Shown here: positions 13,702-27,311 of the stretch, piece after piece
How the letters are laid out: every line of letters starts with the position of its first letter
How positions within the stretch are numbered: the first letter of the stretch is position 1
Assembly: GCF_964204645.1 (NCBI RefSeq)
Contig: NC_134026.1
Span: forward strand, 27,252,150-27,316,149
DNA: 64,000 bases
Direction of reading: 5' to 3'
From: Tubulanus polymorphus
Lineage: Eukaryota; Animalia; Nemertea
Notes under the pieces: generated by a model
Told to the model about the DNA's origin: nothing
The model's database searches: none
Seen by the model: only the letters and a program-made list of their open reading frames with translations
Position numbers and translations under genes: made by a program

Positions 13702-15096
13702 ATGAGAATGCAATGTGAAGTCATAAGTCTGTTATTGTTTATTCAACTCTTTTCATTCACAAGTCAAGCTGGTAAGCAAAAAACAATATTCGATGTTCTT
13801 GGATGTGAAATAACTCATTTTGAGATACCTTGTGTTAATCTTTACAGCTGACGTGCATCCAAAAAATGTAAAACTGAAGGGGTGTAAGGGTCGCTACGTC
13901 CACCTGGCATGGGATCCGGCGAGTCCACGAGAACAAGTCCGACTGTATCACATCGAGTATTCTGTTGTATCGCAGCCCAATGTTTGGTATGATGCAGTTA
14001 CTATCGGCGGAGTTCAATCAGATGCGAGATTTGAACTTCCCGGTAATGTGAACGCGCTGTTTCGAGTAACAGCTTACAGTAATTCGCTGGGAATTAGTTC
14101 ACCGTCGATGTCTGATTCGAAATGCATCACACCGGCCGATAGACCTGATCGAAATCCATCTGACGTAACCAGCATACCAATATCTGCCAATACGATTATG
14201 ATATCGTGGTTGGTATGTATCATATCCATTAGTATCTTCATTCATACGCTCAGATGATATCTACCAACCTAGAATGCCAATTCTATCTGGCTATGTATAT
14301 TTAATCGGAATGTAAAACTTTTTACGTTTTAGCCACTTTCAACATTAGAATACAATGGACCAGACCTGATGTACGTTGTCCGATGGCGTCTGAAGAACAC
14401 CGCTGAAAATGCCTGGTCAATGGCTGTTTTACCAAAAAGTGATACTTTTTACAAAGTTAAGAATCTACCGACTTATTCAAAATGTGAATTTAGTGTGGGT
14501 TCTGTGAACTCTATCGGCGTATCGCCCGTGAACCCACAAATTAGAAGTGGCTTTTCGGGAGAAGATGGTACGTCATTGACGAGCAAATAGTAAACAAAAT
14601 AGTAAATTGTGCTATATTGGTGAGAATGACAGATTGCGATTAATGCATTTTATAATTTTATAGTACCCCTCGAGAAACCAGACAATTTTACGATAGAAGT
14701 ATTCCCCGCGGATCCAACTAAAACGAAATTCATGTGGTCACGTGTAAATACATCCGTGGCAGTAATGAAAGGACGATTTAAAGGATACAGGGTATAAACA
14801 TCAAAAATTATCCCCGTATCTTGAAATTTTGATAGCCTTTGCCATTCTATTCCGACAAGCTTTCTTTTCAGATTCACATCGTTGAAACAACCAAGGATCG
14901 TCACCGGCACCATCAATTCGAAGTAAAATGCGTAGAGATCTCGCCAGATTATTTACATCGAAATGAAGGTCCCATTTCGAATGTAGTCTCTCTATTGAAA
15001 TATAACACCACATATTCCGCGTGGGTTGTGGCCGTTAACAGCAAATACGAAGGACCCGCAAGTGATAAAATATCATTCCAGACAATCAATAACTGA
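13702..15096 (+). CDS. Secreted protein with a signal peptide and three FN3 domains resembling L1CAM/NrCAM/neuroglian FN3 repeats
   Basis: Exons about 13702-13771 (signal peptide MRMQCEVISLLLFIQLFSFTSQA), 13848-14212, 14333-14567, 14664-14791, 14872-15096. Motifs PDRNPSDV, EYNGPDLMYVVRWR, GFSGEDVP, VVAVNSKYEGPAS; AATAAA near 15178. Probable non-coding first exon ending near 11279. Confidence 0.75.
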
Positions 15097-15662
15097 ACCG
15101 TTCACTCTCCTCCGAGTGCCCAGCTACGGCACGATGAACGATTCTAACGAGCATTTAGAATGAAATTTTTCGTGAATAATAAAATCGAGTAAAAACTTGC
15201 TGATATAGTTGGTAGAATTGAATCGTCTCGTAACAAATAAACCGCGTGGCATGTACTTCATCGCTTCCGTTAGGGATAGTTGGAAACGGATGGGAACATT
15301 TTTGGCGACAAACGGTGGGCTAGTCCGATGTCCGTGTTGTAATGTTCACCAATACGTTCCGTTTCCGGTGGTTAGGGACCACCAGGATTCCCTCGCTTGC
15401 CAGTACCTTATTAAATTCAATTTCAGCAAAATTGTAGTGAAAGCTGGAAAATTAACGACCTAAAATGACCCATTAGATGCAATAATTAAAAAAGAACAAA
15501 TCGCAAAACGTCGTAAAAAATTGAAGTACAAACGATTTGTCACTTATCATCAAATACAAGTGGCAACAGGTGTCACTACCATCCGGCCCTTGCCTTGATT
15601 TGTACTTTTTATCAAGAGCGACAAGAGTTAGTGTGTGTTTGTTGTTGATTCGCCGTCTCGTC

Positions 15663-18177
15663 ATGTCCAAGTTTATACTTCTTATTCGTTTAGTCATATT
15701 GGTGTTATTAAAGAGCTGCTGGGGGCGATGTCATATTCCAAAAACTCTTAAATTAGTTAACTTGGTAAGGATTGTTTTAATCTATCTCGGATTTTACAAA
15801 CTCAAGACAGTGTCCAGGCCCCGCGCGCTGATCCCTGCCTGGCCTGTCACTGTCTGAATGAGCTGGAATTCTGGGCCGCCCTTCTTTCATCAGGAATTCC
15901 TAATATTCAGATAAGTTCTCGGGCTTGAGTTCTATAGCCAAAGTCTGCCCATAGCAGAGTAGATATATTGGTCTTATTGCCATTATTGGTACATTGTCAT
16001 AACGTTACCTTTTATTTTACCTATGAAATTATGATTAATTTTTTCATGTTTCGTTTTGCTTTTCAGGTATTTCGACATGGCGATCGCACACCTGTCAGAA
16101 CATACCCCACAGATCCTTATGATGAAAATTTCTGGCCCAATGGCCTCGGGCAGTTAACCGAAGTAAGAAAGATGTTGATTGAAAGTAGACTACAGCTGAT
16201 GTCAATTAAAGTTCATTTATATTAGAAAAAACACCTCAATATTAAATGGTATTTTCTGTTTGTAGGAGGGTGTAAAGCAACAGTATGAATTAGGTCAGTT
16301 TCTACGCAATCGGTATGATTTATTCTTGGACAGACAGTACAAACGACGCCAGGTCAGTGATAAACCATCAACGTTTTTTTATCAATGATTCAACAGTTAA
16401 TACCACATTCTTACTGTCTTTGATATTGTTTTAGATATACGTCCGCAGTACAGACAAAGATAGGGCATTATTGAGCGCTCAAAGTTGTCTATCAGCATTA
16501 TATAATCATTCGAATATAGGTATAAGAGGAATTAATTGGCAACCAGTTCCAATACATACAGTCCAAATAGAAAAAGATTTTGTGAGTATTTTTATGCATT
16601 AGTCTTATAAAATGTTGAATCTATGATTGATGAATACTTTGTACTACTAGTGATTTGTGTTTTTTAGTTGTTGTATCCACATTATGACTGTCCACGATAT
16701 AAACAGCTTTGGAAGAAATCAATAGAAGAAATGGATTTATCACAATACCAGGTAAAAAATGAGTCGGGTGCATTCTCCAGATGTAAGAATGAGTTCAATT
16801 AATAAGTTCAATTCATTTGTGTTCCATTTGCAGTCATTTTATGAATATGTAGCTAAACATGCTGGTCTTAAACAAAAAGAAATGGATATCCAGTGGCTTT
16901 GGCACATTGCTGGTACTCTGATGGTCCAGGTAAGCTCAAAGATATCAGAACGCTGGAGATTTGTTGAAATAAATAATGGACTATCTGATTTTTGTTGCAG
17001 GTTTCTAATGGTCTGACGTTACCTAGTTGGGTTACACCTGATGTCTATGATACTATAATAAGGTTGAAAGATATCGAATTCCAGATGAAAGGTCATATAC
17101 CAGAGATGATACGAGTCACTGGAGGTAGATGAAGTCGTTAATTTAACCTCTTTAGATAAATAAACATTTCCTTATTCTCGTAATCTTAATTCCAGGGAAT
17201 TTGTTAAAGAAAATGATCAATGACACGGAGGCTTTGTTCAAAGCGGAATTGGACGAACAAATGAAAATGTTCATGTATTCAGCTGTAAGTTTTTAATCCT
17301 ATGATGATGTTTCAGGTTTAAGGAGCTACTAATCAGTAATTATGCTCCTTTATTTCTGTAGCATGATACTACAGTGTCCGTTGTTCTGAGAGCGCTGAAA
17401 AATTTTAATGGATTGATGCCACCATATTCTACATGTGTTATGCTGGAAGCCCATGACACAGGTGTGGGTGAACCTTATATACAAATTCATCTACGAAATG
17501 ATACGTCACGTCCTCCGTATCATCTCACATTGCAAGGTTGGTAATTAACCAGTAGGTACGTAGCGCACTTTTTAGATAAACTTGGTGTGTTGTTTGTGAC
17601 CTGCATGCGGTGTGTGATGATGAACGTTATTAATCAAATACGTTGATTCAGGTTTCAAAATGAAACCTTCAAATGATGTATTGTATTGAATATACATGTA
17701 GAATTCTAAACTTTTGGAACCATGGGTATGTAAAAATAAACATAAATTGAAGAATCAGGGACAATCATGAATTTAGACCGTTTGTGCTTCCGCTGATCTG
17801 GAGACATCGTGCATAGACCTCTACCCTGTAAAAGATATCCCTCATTGTAATTGCACTGTAACTAGTTTCATCAAATGACTTGTAGGTTGCACCCCTGACT
17901 GTCCGCTGTCGAGGTTTAAAGAAATACTATTACCACTTCTTCCTCAAGATATAGACACTGAATGTCGTCTAAAATTCAGTACTGGTACGCATCCAATAAT
18001 ACAATACTTTCATGTAATCATTAATGATTCCACAAGTTTTCATCGACATTTTATTTTTTTTCAGCTGCTCCAGTTATTGGCTTTACAAGTTCAGTACTCG
18101 TCATGCTGTTTCTAGTAACATTTTGTCCTTGTTTAAGCTGTAAAAACTGGACACGTTATGTGATCAAATATTCTTGA
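15663..18177 (+). CDS. Histidine acid phosphatase (lysosomal/prostatic ACP2/ACP3-like) with C-terminal hydrophobic anchor
   Basis: Signal peptide, VFRHGDRTP catalytic motif, [22 protein letters not shown]|HDTT, C-terminal hydrophobic segment; about 11 exons, stop TGA at 18175-18177. Confidence 0.92.
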
Positions 18178-19659
18178 TGTATGGTGATGCTGGATAAGAG
18201 GAATTAGATATTTGGCTTCATGTTAAACTGCTCAAATAGTTGATAGATTAAAATGCAATTTTATGGCATTTTTCATAAGACAATTCATTCATGTCATTTA
18301 AATCATTTTCATCATACTTTAGCTGCTGTTGTTGATCATTCCATGGTAGCCATGTATAAATCAATGAGTGATATAATGTATGTCAGACAACTTGCGGGAC
18401 GCTGAATGAATGAAATTAGAAAAAGAAATGACTTTTTTCATCAGATAATTTGTTAGAGCTTCGACATTTTATATTTGAGAAAACCTTATGACGGATCTGA
18501 AAATTTAGAACATACATCAATTGCCATTACAGGTTGCTCTAGTAGGACTTCAGAGCAATTTCATAATTAAAACCAAAAAACAGGTCTTCATGAAATCTAG
18601 ACAAACTTGACATTCGATCAATCTCCTTTGATTTAAACTAGAGTCTTTAATGGAGATTATAACTTAATGTTCTGTGATACATGTGCGTGTATATATTTAT
18701 ATTTTAAAGTATTTCTCAAATTTTCTAAAACTTCTATCATTTGAAAGCAAATATAGTGGTTCCGCTTAGAGCTGATTAGAAATACATCCTAAGTTCAAGC
18801 TGTATTCATGTCTAGTAGTCCATTAAGTTTGTATGTATGGTTGGTTACACATATAGATCGTTTGCTTCATTCACTATGTTTGCTTTTACACATAAACTTG
18901 CATTAATAGAGGTTTCGCCTCTTGTATGAGAACCTGAGAAAATCACAAATAATATGTCACAGCACAGCCAGTTTATGCACATTCGTACATGATGTTGGTC
19001 GCAGTTTTCCTTATGAATCGATTCTGTTTTACATGAATTATTTATCAATTGTTTATAAAAATAGATTTTCAATTATATTGCGTTTATGAAACTTTTAATT
19101 GATGCGTTGAACTGGTAATTGTATACTCCATCAAGATCTTACATATGTGCTATATATACATGTATCTTACAAATTCTGAATGCAAATACAATGTCCATGT
19201 TAAAGCAAATATTGTTTTTTTAAGATCATCTATCTACCTTATTGTATGGTATATGTACATTTAAAAATTTGATCGCGCATTATTTGTGATAACACCTGCA
19301 TATGTTGAGAATGTATTTATCAAGATCTTGCCCTTGGTATTTTGTTGAATCTTCATATAGACTATGAATAAAATTGTGATATCGAAATACCAGTATTTCA
19401 TAGTACGTCGTTATGGGAAAATGGAATTTTTGAAATTGAACGCCAGACTGCACAATAAATATCCAAGATAAAACGGTGTAATTAATTTTAAGAAAGCTTT
19501 TATTCAACAATAACGAGATACATACTTATGAGCAGGACAACAGTTGAAATAAGTGTTTTTCTAAAAATTAGGCATATTAAAAAGTAGAAACTTTGATGTA
19601 CAATAATTCTCATTACAAAATGTACTTTAATTATAAGTCAATTCATTTTTATCTATTAT

Positions 19660-22600
19660 TCACATCTGACTCACATGGTCAGCATGTAAACCTGTTAAAT
19701 CACTGTTTTCAGCTTGCAGCTCAACCGTTATACCGGAAAACATCCTATATAAAGAGCTTGGTGGTAGCTCTGCGGCGCTGACATTACCAGTTAAACAGAG
19801 ACTGTTCAAAAAACGCTTTGGTCTTTCTTGCAATGTTTCTTGTAGGAAATTCCCCAGTCTATTCAAGTATGCCAAAGATATAGTATTGTAGCTGAAAAAC
19901 AAAACAAGTGAAATAAGTGAAGTTCCTGCAGTCACTTCTAGTTCACTTTTGGTTTATATCGATTAGTGAATATGTTATAATATGGTACCTGATGTCTATG
20001 TCCAGTAATTTCATACAAGGCTCTTGTTGTAGTGAAATAGATTCTACAATTTCTACAGCAATTTTTCCTACGAAAAGGAAAATCATAAACATTACTATCA
20101 CTCAAACTTAACATAGATTACCCTATGATTGCTGGTATTTACCTAGTCTGTTCTGAGACAAGACAATGGAAGTGAGACTAGACTTAGCCACAGCATTGCA
20201 AAAATCCACATGTGACACTGAAACAAAGTGAATAAAACAATTACCCACGATGCACATGGTATTGAAGCTCGAGAGATAACAACAGACCTACCTTTCTCAA
20301 AAACTGCATTCAGTTGGCAATAAACCATGATCAACTCTCTGAGAGATGTATTCATTTTGATCAAATCATTGAGCTTACTCAATGAAGCTTCACTTAATGA
20401 CATAGCACTTATATCCAATGACACTAAACGCTGTTGTACTAAAGGAGTGTATTGCATCCATTCGAGCACATTTAGAAGAGAAAAAAGAAATATATGTATT
20501 TATGTGTACGACACATGATCTCAGTAACCAACAACTCAAATGCCTAACTTACATGTAATGCTTTCAAATAGTTGAATGAGTTCCAACTCATTAAGTCCAC
20601 AGCCAGCTATACCCAGATGACTTAAAGATAGATCATGCTGTACAATATATACCAATGCCGAAAAGAATCCTCCAGACAACATATTCTTGGCCAGATCGAG
20701 ATGTACAATTCCATGGTATTCAATGCCTGTAAATGCATTCATATATATTTTTCAATCAATAGATGCCTGCAGTGTACAAAACCTATTCAAACAATTTAGA
20801 ACATAATGTCATATAAATGCTTACCACTTGATGGTATTATAGGTGCAAAATCTTTAAAATTGTACAAGTCTTTGAGTTTCAAGGCCTTCATAGGATTAGT
20901 TCTCTTCCTTCTAATGAAAATAAGTTGTAAAATAAATTGTAAGAAAATTTGAACTTAAAAGAAAATTTGATACAAAGATTAAAGAAAGATAAATTTACCC
21001 ATGCATAACAGCTTCAAGAACCTCCAATGATGATGTTCTATTTTCCAAGATATCCCGTGTTTCTTCAATTACTAGTTCCGTTAATTGGCCAAGAGATATC
21101 ATGTCCTTCAAAACATTTGTTAGACTAGTGTAATGATTATTACCGGTAGTTGTTCCATTAGCTGAAATAAGAGGGATGAGACCTTTAATTAATGATGTAT
21201 GTGTTCGTGAACACATTCAGGAATGACACACGTATAGCTTTACCTCTTTTTCTCTGCAGCCATGTAGATTGTAGAGCAAATCTTTGTAGAGAATGCCAAC
21301 CAGACAATACTTCAACAAGAATGGATTCTAAATCTAGATTATTATATCCACTGCTGATGATTGAAAGACTTTTTACACTGGTCGGCACAACATTTTTCGA
21401 ATTAAATAATCGGCGAAAACTGTTTGTCGACCCAGCCATTGGTTTGATCGCCTCATTAAACAAGTCAATTTCATTGTCGTTTCCAGTATTGGATGCACTA
21501 CATGGTAAGCAGAGCTTATTTTGAACTTCATCCGTTGCTTTGGCAAACGGTAATTCTCCTACAGCAGTTTCACAATCTGTCAAACTACAATATAGTTTCG
21601 CTTTTGGTTGAATACAAGATGAAACAGATATAACTGAAATACACGCTGAACACTGACAGACAACTGATTCCAGTGGGCTTTCCATCAGTAAATCAGTTTC
21701 ACTGCTATTCCTTACAGACGATTGTTGTCCCGAACACAATTTCAACAAGTCTAACATATTTTCCTGAGACAGCATTGAATGAAACAACGATATGTGCTCC
21801 AAAACGTCAAATTTCAGCAATTCAGAAACAACTGATCTGATGGCTGGAAACATATGATCACGAGGATTGTGTAACACCAATCGTTGTAAACTTCTTCCTA
21901 CACTAAGCAATAATGCCGGACTTTCCAATAGAAAGTTTGATTGTTTTCCAAACAATGTCAATGTTTTCACATGCTTAGTAATTTTTTCAGCTTCTTCAGC
22001 AGTAGTGAGTCTTTTATTTGAAGAAATGGTCTGTGAAGACGTATTGTTCAACTCAATTCGCTGTCCCCAAAGTCTATGTAAGCACATGTGAAATCGTATG
22101 ATGGGATCTGTAACGGAGAAGATTTATTAACTAATGACGAAATGCATTTCATTATTAGATGAAATCAACTTAACTCAACATACCAAACCCATCATATGTT
22201 AAATAAGCCAACATATCTTGAAAATGCCGGGCTAAGTATCTCTCTTGAGGATTGTCATATAGCCTTTCAGTTTGAAAAGTTGCAGGGTTGTTACGAAAGC
22301 ATTCCGGCCTGGTTTTCATGTGGTTCTTCCACGCTTCTGATGTAGAAATACCTGCAAGATAAAAGCGAGTGAGATATAGATTTAGGACCCATGACGAGGC
22401 GTATACAAAATGGTATGAATAATCTCACCATGGGAGACATATATGTCTCCTAATCTCTGCAAATCATAAGCGCTCCAGTAATTCAAAAGGCTTTCAAGCA
22501 GGACGTTTGGAATATCTGAAGAAAAGGAGTACATTCAATGCAAAATTTCATTTACCATTCATGTTTAGATGGCTTTATTAGAAATGGCAGATTACATACA

Positions 22601-22688
22601 ACATACCAGTTAAAGACGCCTCGTTGAAATATGATGAATTTTCAGCTATGAATATCAAACACTGTCTATACAAGCTAGTGACAACCAT
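19660..22688 (-). CDS. LRRC41: LRRC41 (MUF1)-like leucine-rich repeat protein with N-terminal BC-box
   Basis: N-terminus MVVTSLYRQCLIFIAEN..DIPNVLLESLL (BC/cullin-box-like), RNI-type LRRs (HLDLAKN, HLGIAGC, SLDISAM), C-terminal ADHVSQM. Confidence 0.65.
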
Positions 22689-22894
22689 TTTCACATGAAC
22701 ACAGTGTGCACTCAGGTGCTTGGATCTAAAAATTAAAATTAATGGTTCAGAATTCATTCAGTGTCATTATTGATTAAAAGAAGCGCACCGAGGTGGACTT
22801 CCATAAAGGCCCAAAAGGCAAGTGCTAAAAAAGGCCTACCGGTACTAAATGTGGTAGTCCAGTTAATCAGGGAAGTGTCTCATTACACTTCCCT

Positions 22895-23059
22895 GAGGAT
22901 CATTCATTTATTACGTACGCATGAAATTTGAATTTTTCACCCCCCTCTCTCTCTGTACATAAAATCGGCCAGTTTATCATATACATTAAGCATGACAGTA
23001 CACAATTGCACTGACCCCTCCCCCTCCCCTAATGTGTACATAATAAATGAATAACCCCC
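22895..23059. mobile_element. MITE with about 24-bp terminal inverted repeats
   Basis: gaggatcattcatttattacgtac ... gtacataataaatgaataacccc; adjacent hairpin cagggaagtgt..acacttccctg at 22868-22895. Confidence 0.65.
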
Positions 23060-23399
23060 TGAGTTAATCTAGCCGTTTTTCTTGATTATAAGGTAAGTAG
23101 GGAGCCAAACCCAAATCGTCTCAGTCTCTGCCTCAGGTATTCGTGCTGCATTTCGATATCTGATTTGAGAACCAGTTTAACAGCCAACAGGTAATAAGTA
23201 AGTAGGTTTTCTTGTAGTTAAGAGATGTGCACAAGCCCTGCCCTAAGCCTAGACTGGGGCTTTTGTATTGTTTGTTCAAACTCAACTGTGACTGTGGGTT
23301 ATGTTTGTTTGTTTGAAATAAAAAAAATTTTACCCAGTAGATATTTTTCCACTGAAAAAATATCATATTTTTGCATAGGCCACCACATAAACTAGACTT

Positions 23400-23505
23400 T
23401 TAATGTGACTGTGAGGGACCGAGGCGAGTTAGCACTCCCAGGGGTGAGGATTCGAGCTACAACCGGCCTCTCAGACCCACCTCCACCATCACTGCGCCAA
23501 CCTGT
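23400..23505 (-). mobile_element. tRNA-derived SINE-like fragment
   Basis: Minus strand has A-box-like TGGCGCAGTG and B-box-like AGCTCGAATCC at tRNA-like spacing, without a proper cloverleaf. Confidence 0.4.
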
Positions 23506-23810
23506 GTACCAGCAGAATAATCAGCCTGTTGATTGAGGCTGGGTACCAGGAATCCAGGATGATGTCGAATAAATAAATAATAATAATGCTTTTTTACACT
23601 CGTCTCTTCGTCTTCCTTCTGACTTCGACTTATTTATCTTTGGCAAATATAGATTGGGAATTTAATAACAAGACATCTTATCCTTTGTCAAGCTTTAATC
23701 AGCCAGTATCTGTGCGCTAAAATTACTTTTTCCTTGTCGATTATCAGTTTTCTGGAGATATCAATAAATTTATATTTCATTGTACGTATTGACAAATTCA
23801 ACTACCGACG

Positions 23811-23867
23811 GGTGCTGCCCCCTAACATGTGTAGCTGCAATACGATGGCATGAGCGGTTCGAATCCC
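23811..23867. promoter_or_regulatory. CTCF-like motif plus TFIIIC B-box upstream of LRRC41
   Basis: GCTGCCCCCT at 23814 and GGTTCGAATCCC at 23856. Confidence 0.55.
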
Positions 23868-24698
23868 AAAATTTCATTGTCCGTCAAGGGGTTCGGCACT
23901 GTATATCGTATTTGATACACTTCAGGATAAACTGTCGATATACATGTATTTTCTGAGTTGTACACCTATGAGAAAAAAAAACATAGACGTCAGGAAAAAT
24001 ATCTAACAGAACCAAAAAGAGATAAAGACTCATAATATTTTATACAAGATCAATCATTTATTTCATATTTTTTCTAAGGTACAAGCTGAATAATGGGCTA
24101 GTAGACCTTAGTGCAAAAACAATGAATAATCATGAAAAGTCAATAGAATGAAAATGCTACAGACATGAAAACAAAAATCAAATGACGACGAAAATACAAA
24201 ATGTTACAAAAACAAATGAACTAGTTTTTTCAAATCAATAACAGGTAAATTCATTCATATCACATGAAGTACAACCAACACTACATACACCATTAATACT
24301 CAGTCCAGCAACCTGCTCCGATATCTCGATACTTACACAGCTGGACAGTAATACAATACACAAGATACTTAACTTCTTTTAAGTTGCATAAAAATTGCAG
24401 CTGTCATGCAAAGAATTGAATTTGAATAAGTGCATACATATTACAGATATAAGGTCAGACACAAGTTGCACAGGATACTACTTAATCGATCTTATTGTTA
24501 GTAATAGAATTCCTTTCTCAATCAAAGAAGTATAGAATATAGAGAATACGAAAGTTCAGTATATAACATCATATATACATGTACAATTATATACAATGTT
24601 TCCTATCAGCGAAGAGAAAAGTAATATTTTACACTCAATACCAAAAAATTATGATAAAACCTGCAGAGCCTTTTTTTCAGGACAGACAAGCTATACTA

Positions 24699-24861
24699 CA
24701 GTGAAACCTCATTAAAACAAACTTCAGGGACCAGAAAATATGATAGTTATGTCTAGAATGAAATTATTAAAATCGTCCTATTTGGGACCAAGTTCTTGGA
24801 CTGTAATAACCAATAAATCATTATCCGGTATAACCAAGGTCATTCTAACGAGGCTCCACCG
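24699..24861. mobile_element. Tc1/mariner-type MITE in the TBPL1 3' region
   Basis: TA|cagtgaaacctc ... gaggctccaccg|TA: imperfect TIRs with TA target duplication. Confidence 0.65.
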
Positions 24862-25356
24862 TATCAACAGATTTAAAGGTATGAAATAACACTTCATTTT
24901 TTTGTTTTGACATAACATGTACATTATTTTCGGTTTATAACTTCTTTGAGTCACTTTCCTTGCATTCAAATTTCAAGTATCGTAGCACATCAGCTTTTCT
25001 TACAACATTCTGACATGCTCATTGATAATATCGAGATCAATTCCAATTAAAGCGCTACTGACCAAATTTCATTTTCAGCACATGATTCTTTTTTAACACA
25101 TAAACAGATCACCATCAAACAATACAATCTTAACATTCAGATTACTTTTCCAGCACAAAATAAGTCATAACAAAGTTTGTTTGAAGTTAAATGCACTCAG
25201 TCTTGAACCATCTGAATGTCTGAAACATCAGCGTATAAAGCAAAATGTCTAAGCAGCATTAGATCCCTGACTCATTCATGCCAAATTCTCAAAGCTGAGA
25301 AGTAAATCCAAGCAAGCAAAATTATCCTATAACAGATTTTGATCAATTGAATGTAG

Positions 25357-26638
25357 TTAGTCGAAACTTTCATCAGTGTCATATTCTTCCGATTCAACCA
25401 TATCTGAAAATTCCTCCCCCGAAAAATATTCGAAGTCTTTCGCTGATTTATACTGGCGTTGCATTTCAAGACGTTTTGTTCGTTGTCGATTCCAATGTTT
25501 TTTACGAAATGTAGCACCACCCATGTTATCATTTTCAACATCGTGATCATTTTTCTCCATGCGATATGGATACACTAAAGGGAATATATGTTCAACGGCT
25601 AGTTGAATATTCGAGACGCACGGAGCTGAAACGAAAGAATATATTTGAAAAACCCTTAAATATTGCTTGCCTATTATTTGATGGATGATTATGGCAATTC
25701 GAGTACCTGTTATGGTAATGCTTCCAGTTGAGAAGATTTTTAGAGTTGCTTTAGGTTCAGAAATTCTGTACGTTACACCGGGATGTAATTCAGGCTCATA
25801 GCTACATTTGATAAATGAAAATTTATTGATTTGCTACAATTTCAATTTAAAATAGGCACATGTGTATAAGATCTTTTAAATACCTCGACTTTTCTTTATG
25901 TTCATTTGAAAATTTTGCTATTCGTATTCTAAATGGCATTGAGCACGTCGCTAAAACGTTCACAATCCTAAATCGACAAAATCTGATTTTGAACCCGAGA
26001 CGCTGTAAACACCTGGCAAATTTTCTTGACGCAACTTTTGCCTCCTCTTCACTGTGGGAAAATTTATTGAATAGTTAAACAGATTGAAAATAAACCATGC
26101 ATAAAGGACAGCATAAATGTATGATGATTTCTTACAGACCTTGTAGCACCCGTACATGTTATCTTGCCAGATGACCACATACTTGCTGTGGTGTATGGTT
26201 TCCGTAGTTTCATTGTGACCATCTTGAAAAGAAAATAAGCATGAAACAGACAAAGCAAGCGTATGCACAATCTATATATAAATATATGATGTGAATTCTG
26301 AATCTTACCCCGTTTTGCCTTTTATATTCAACATTGGCTCCTTCTAAAGCTATAGTTTTTAAGTCCAAGTGACATCTAGTGGCGAAACTACACACTACAT
26401 TATTAACGACAATGTCGATAACGGGTCCTTCATCCGTTTGTTGCGTTTCTGCCAACTGCTGTTGCGATTCAGAGTTTTCCTGACCATTCTTCATTGAATG
26501 ATTGTAAGTAGTATCGATAGTATGATCATCATTCAGCGACTTGTCCATATCACTATCAGGCTTAGATTCTGGTATAGAAGCTACTGAGGGGTACAAGTTT
26601 TCAAATTGCAGGGCTGAAGTAGTTGTTGATGCCATCAT
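25357..26638 (-). CDS. TBPL1: TBP-like factor (TRF2/TLF)
   Basis: IDIVVNNVVCSF..HLDLK, MKLRKPYTTASMWSSGKITCTGAT, SYEPELHPGVTYR, ATLKIFSTGSITIT; 5 coding exons, acidic tail. Confidence 0.95.
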
Positions 26639-26958
26639 AACATTGATAAAAGAAACCGACTTCTGTAGCTTGGAAGTTGGAAGCTATGATGACGTTCGCG
26701 ATCAAATGTCAGCAGAGACTGAGAGCCGACCGAGAATGATTAAGAACGGCGGGAGTGTTCGTCGACTGTCAGAGCAATAACTGGAGAGTAACTATTGATA
26801 AGTTAACTTATACACCGAGATGTCGCTTTTGTCTACCAAACGAACTTACCCTTATCGCGGTAAAACATACTTGTATCACAAAAGTCGACATTAGATGCAC
26901 TAAATTTAAGAGCCACTGCAAATATAAATTTTCGGCTCCACCTTTACGTTAAATGTTC

Positions 26959-27142
26959 TCTGTCACCGCATATACATACAATGCAAATGATCAAAAACTA
27001 GGTTCGAATCCCACATTTTCTCGGCGGTTCTAATTACCGACCAAAACCGTCCAATACTGATCTTAGTTCTTTTCGTAAGATGATCGAGTGTCTTCACTGA
27101 TCCTTCGTATACGTTGGCAAACACGAAATTAGGTTCGAATCC
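26959..27142. promoter_or_regulatory. Two B-boxes, with a weak CTCF-like motif, between the WDR55 3' end and the TBPL1 5' end
   Basis: GGTTCGAATCCC at 27001, GGTTCGAATCC at 27132, TCTGTCACCG at 26959. Confidence 0.5.
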
Positions 27143-27311
27143 TACGTAAGCCTGGGATTTTTCAAAATTCTAATGATCCTCAATATAGTATATCCCCTAT
27201 CTATCCTATGCCGAGTGTTGTTTTAACAATGTGAACTTCAGAACCGTGATGTACACCAGAAATACATACATTATCAATATGAAGGTTTATTTTAATAATT
27301 GTTGTACATAA

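Noticed and set aside
15209-15463. BIR-domain ORF
   Set aside because: Cys/His spacing does not fit CX2CX16HX6-8C; non-ATG start and no splice support.
20743-20783. Apparent in-frame TGA in LRRC41 (selenocysteine or pseudogene)
   Set aside because: It falls in an intron; the real acceptor is tttacag near 20728.
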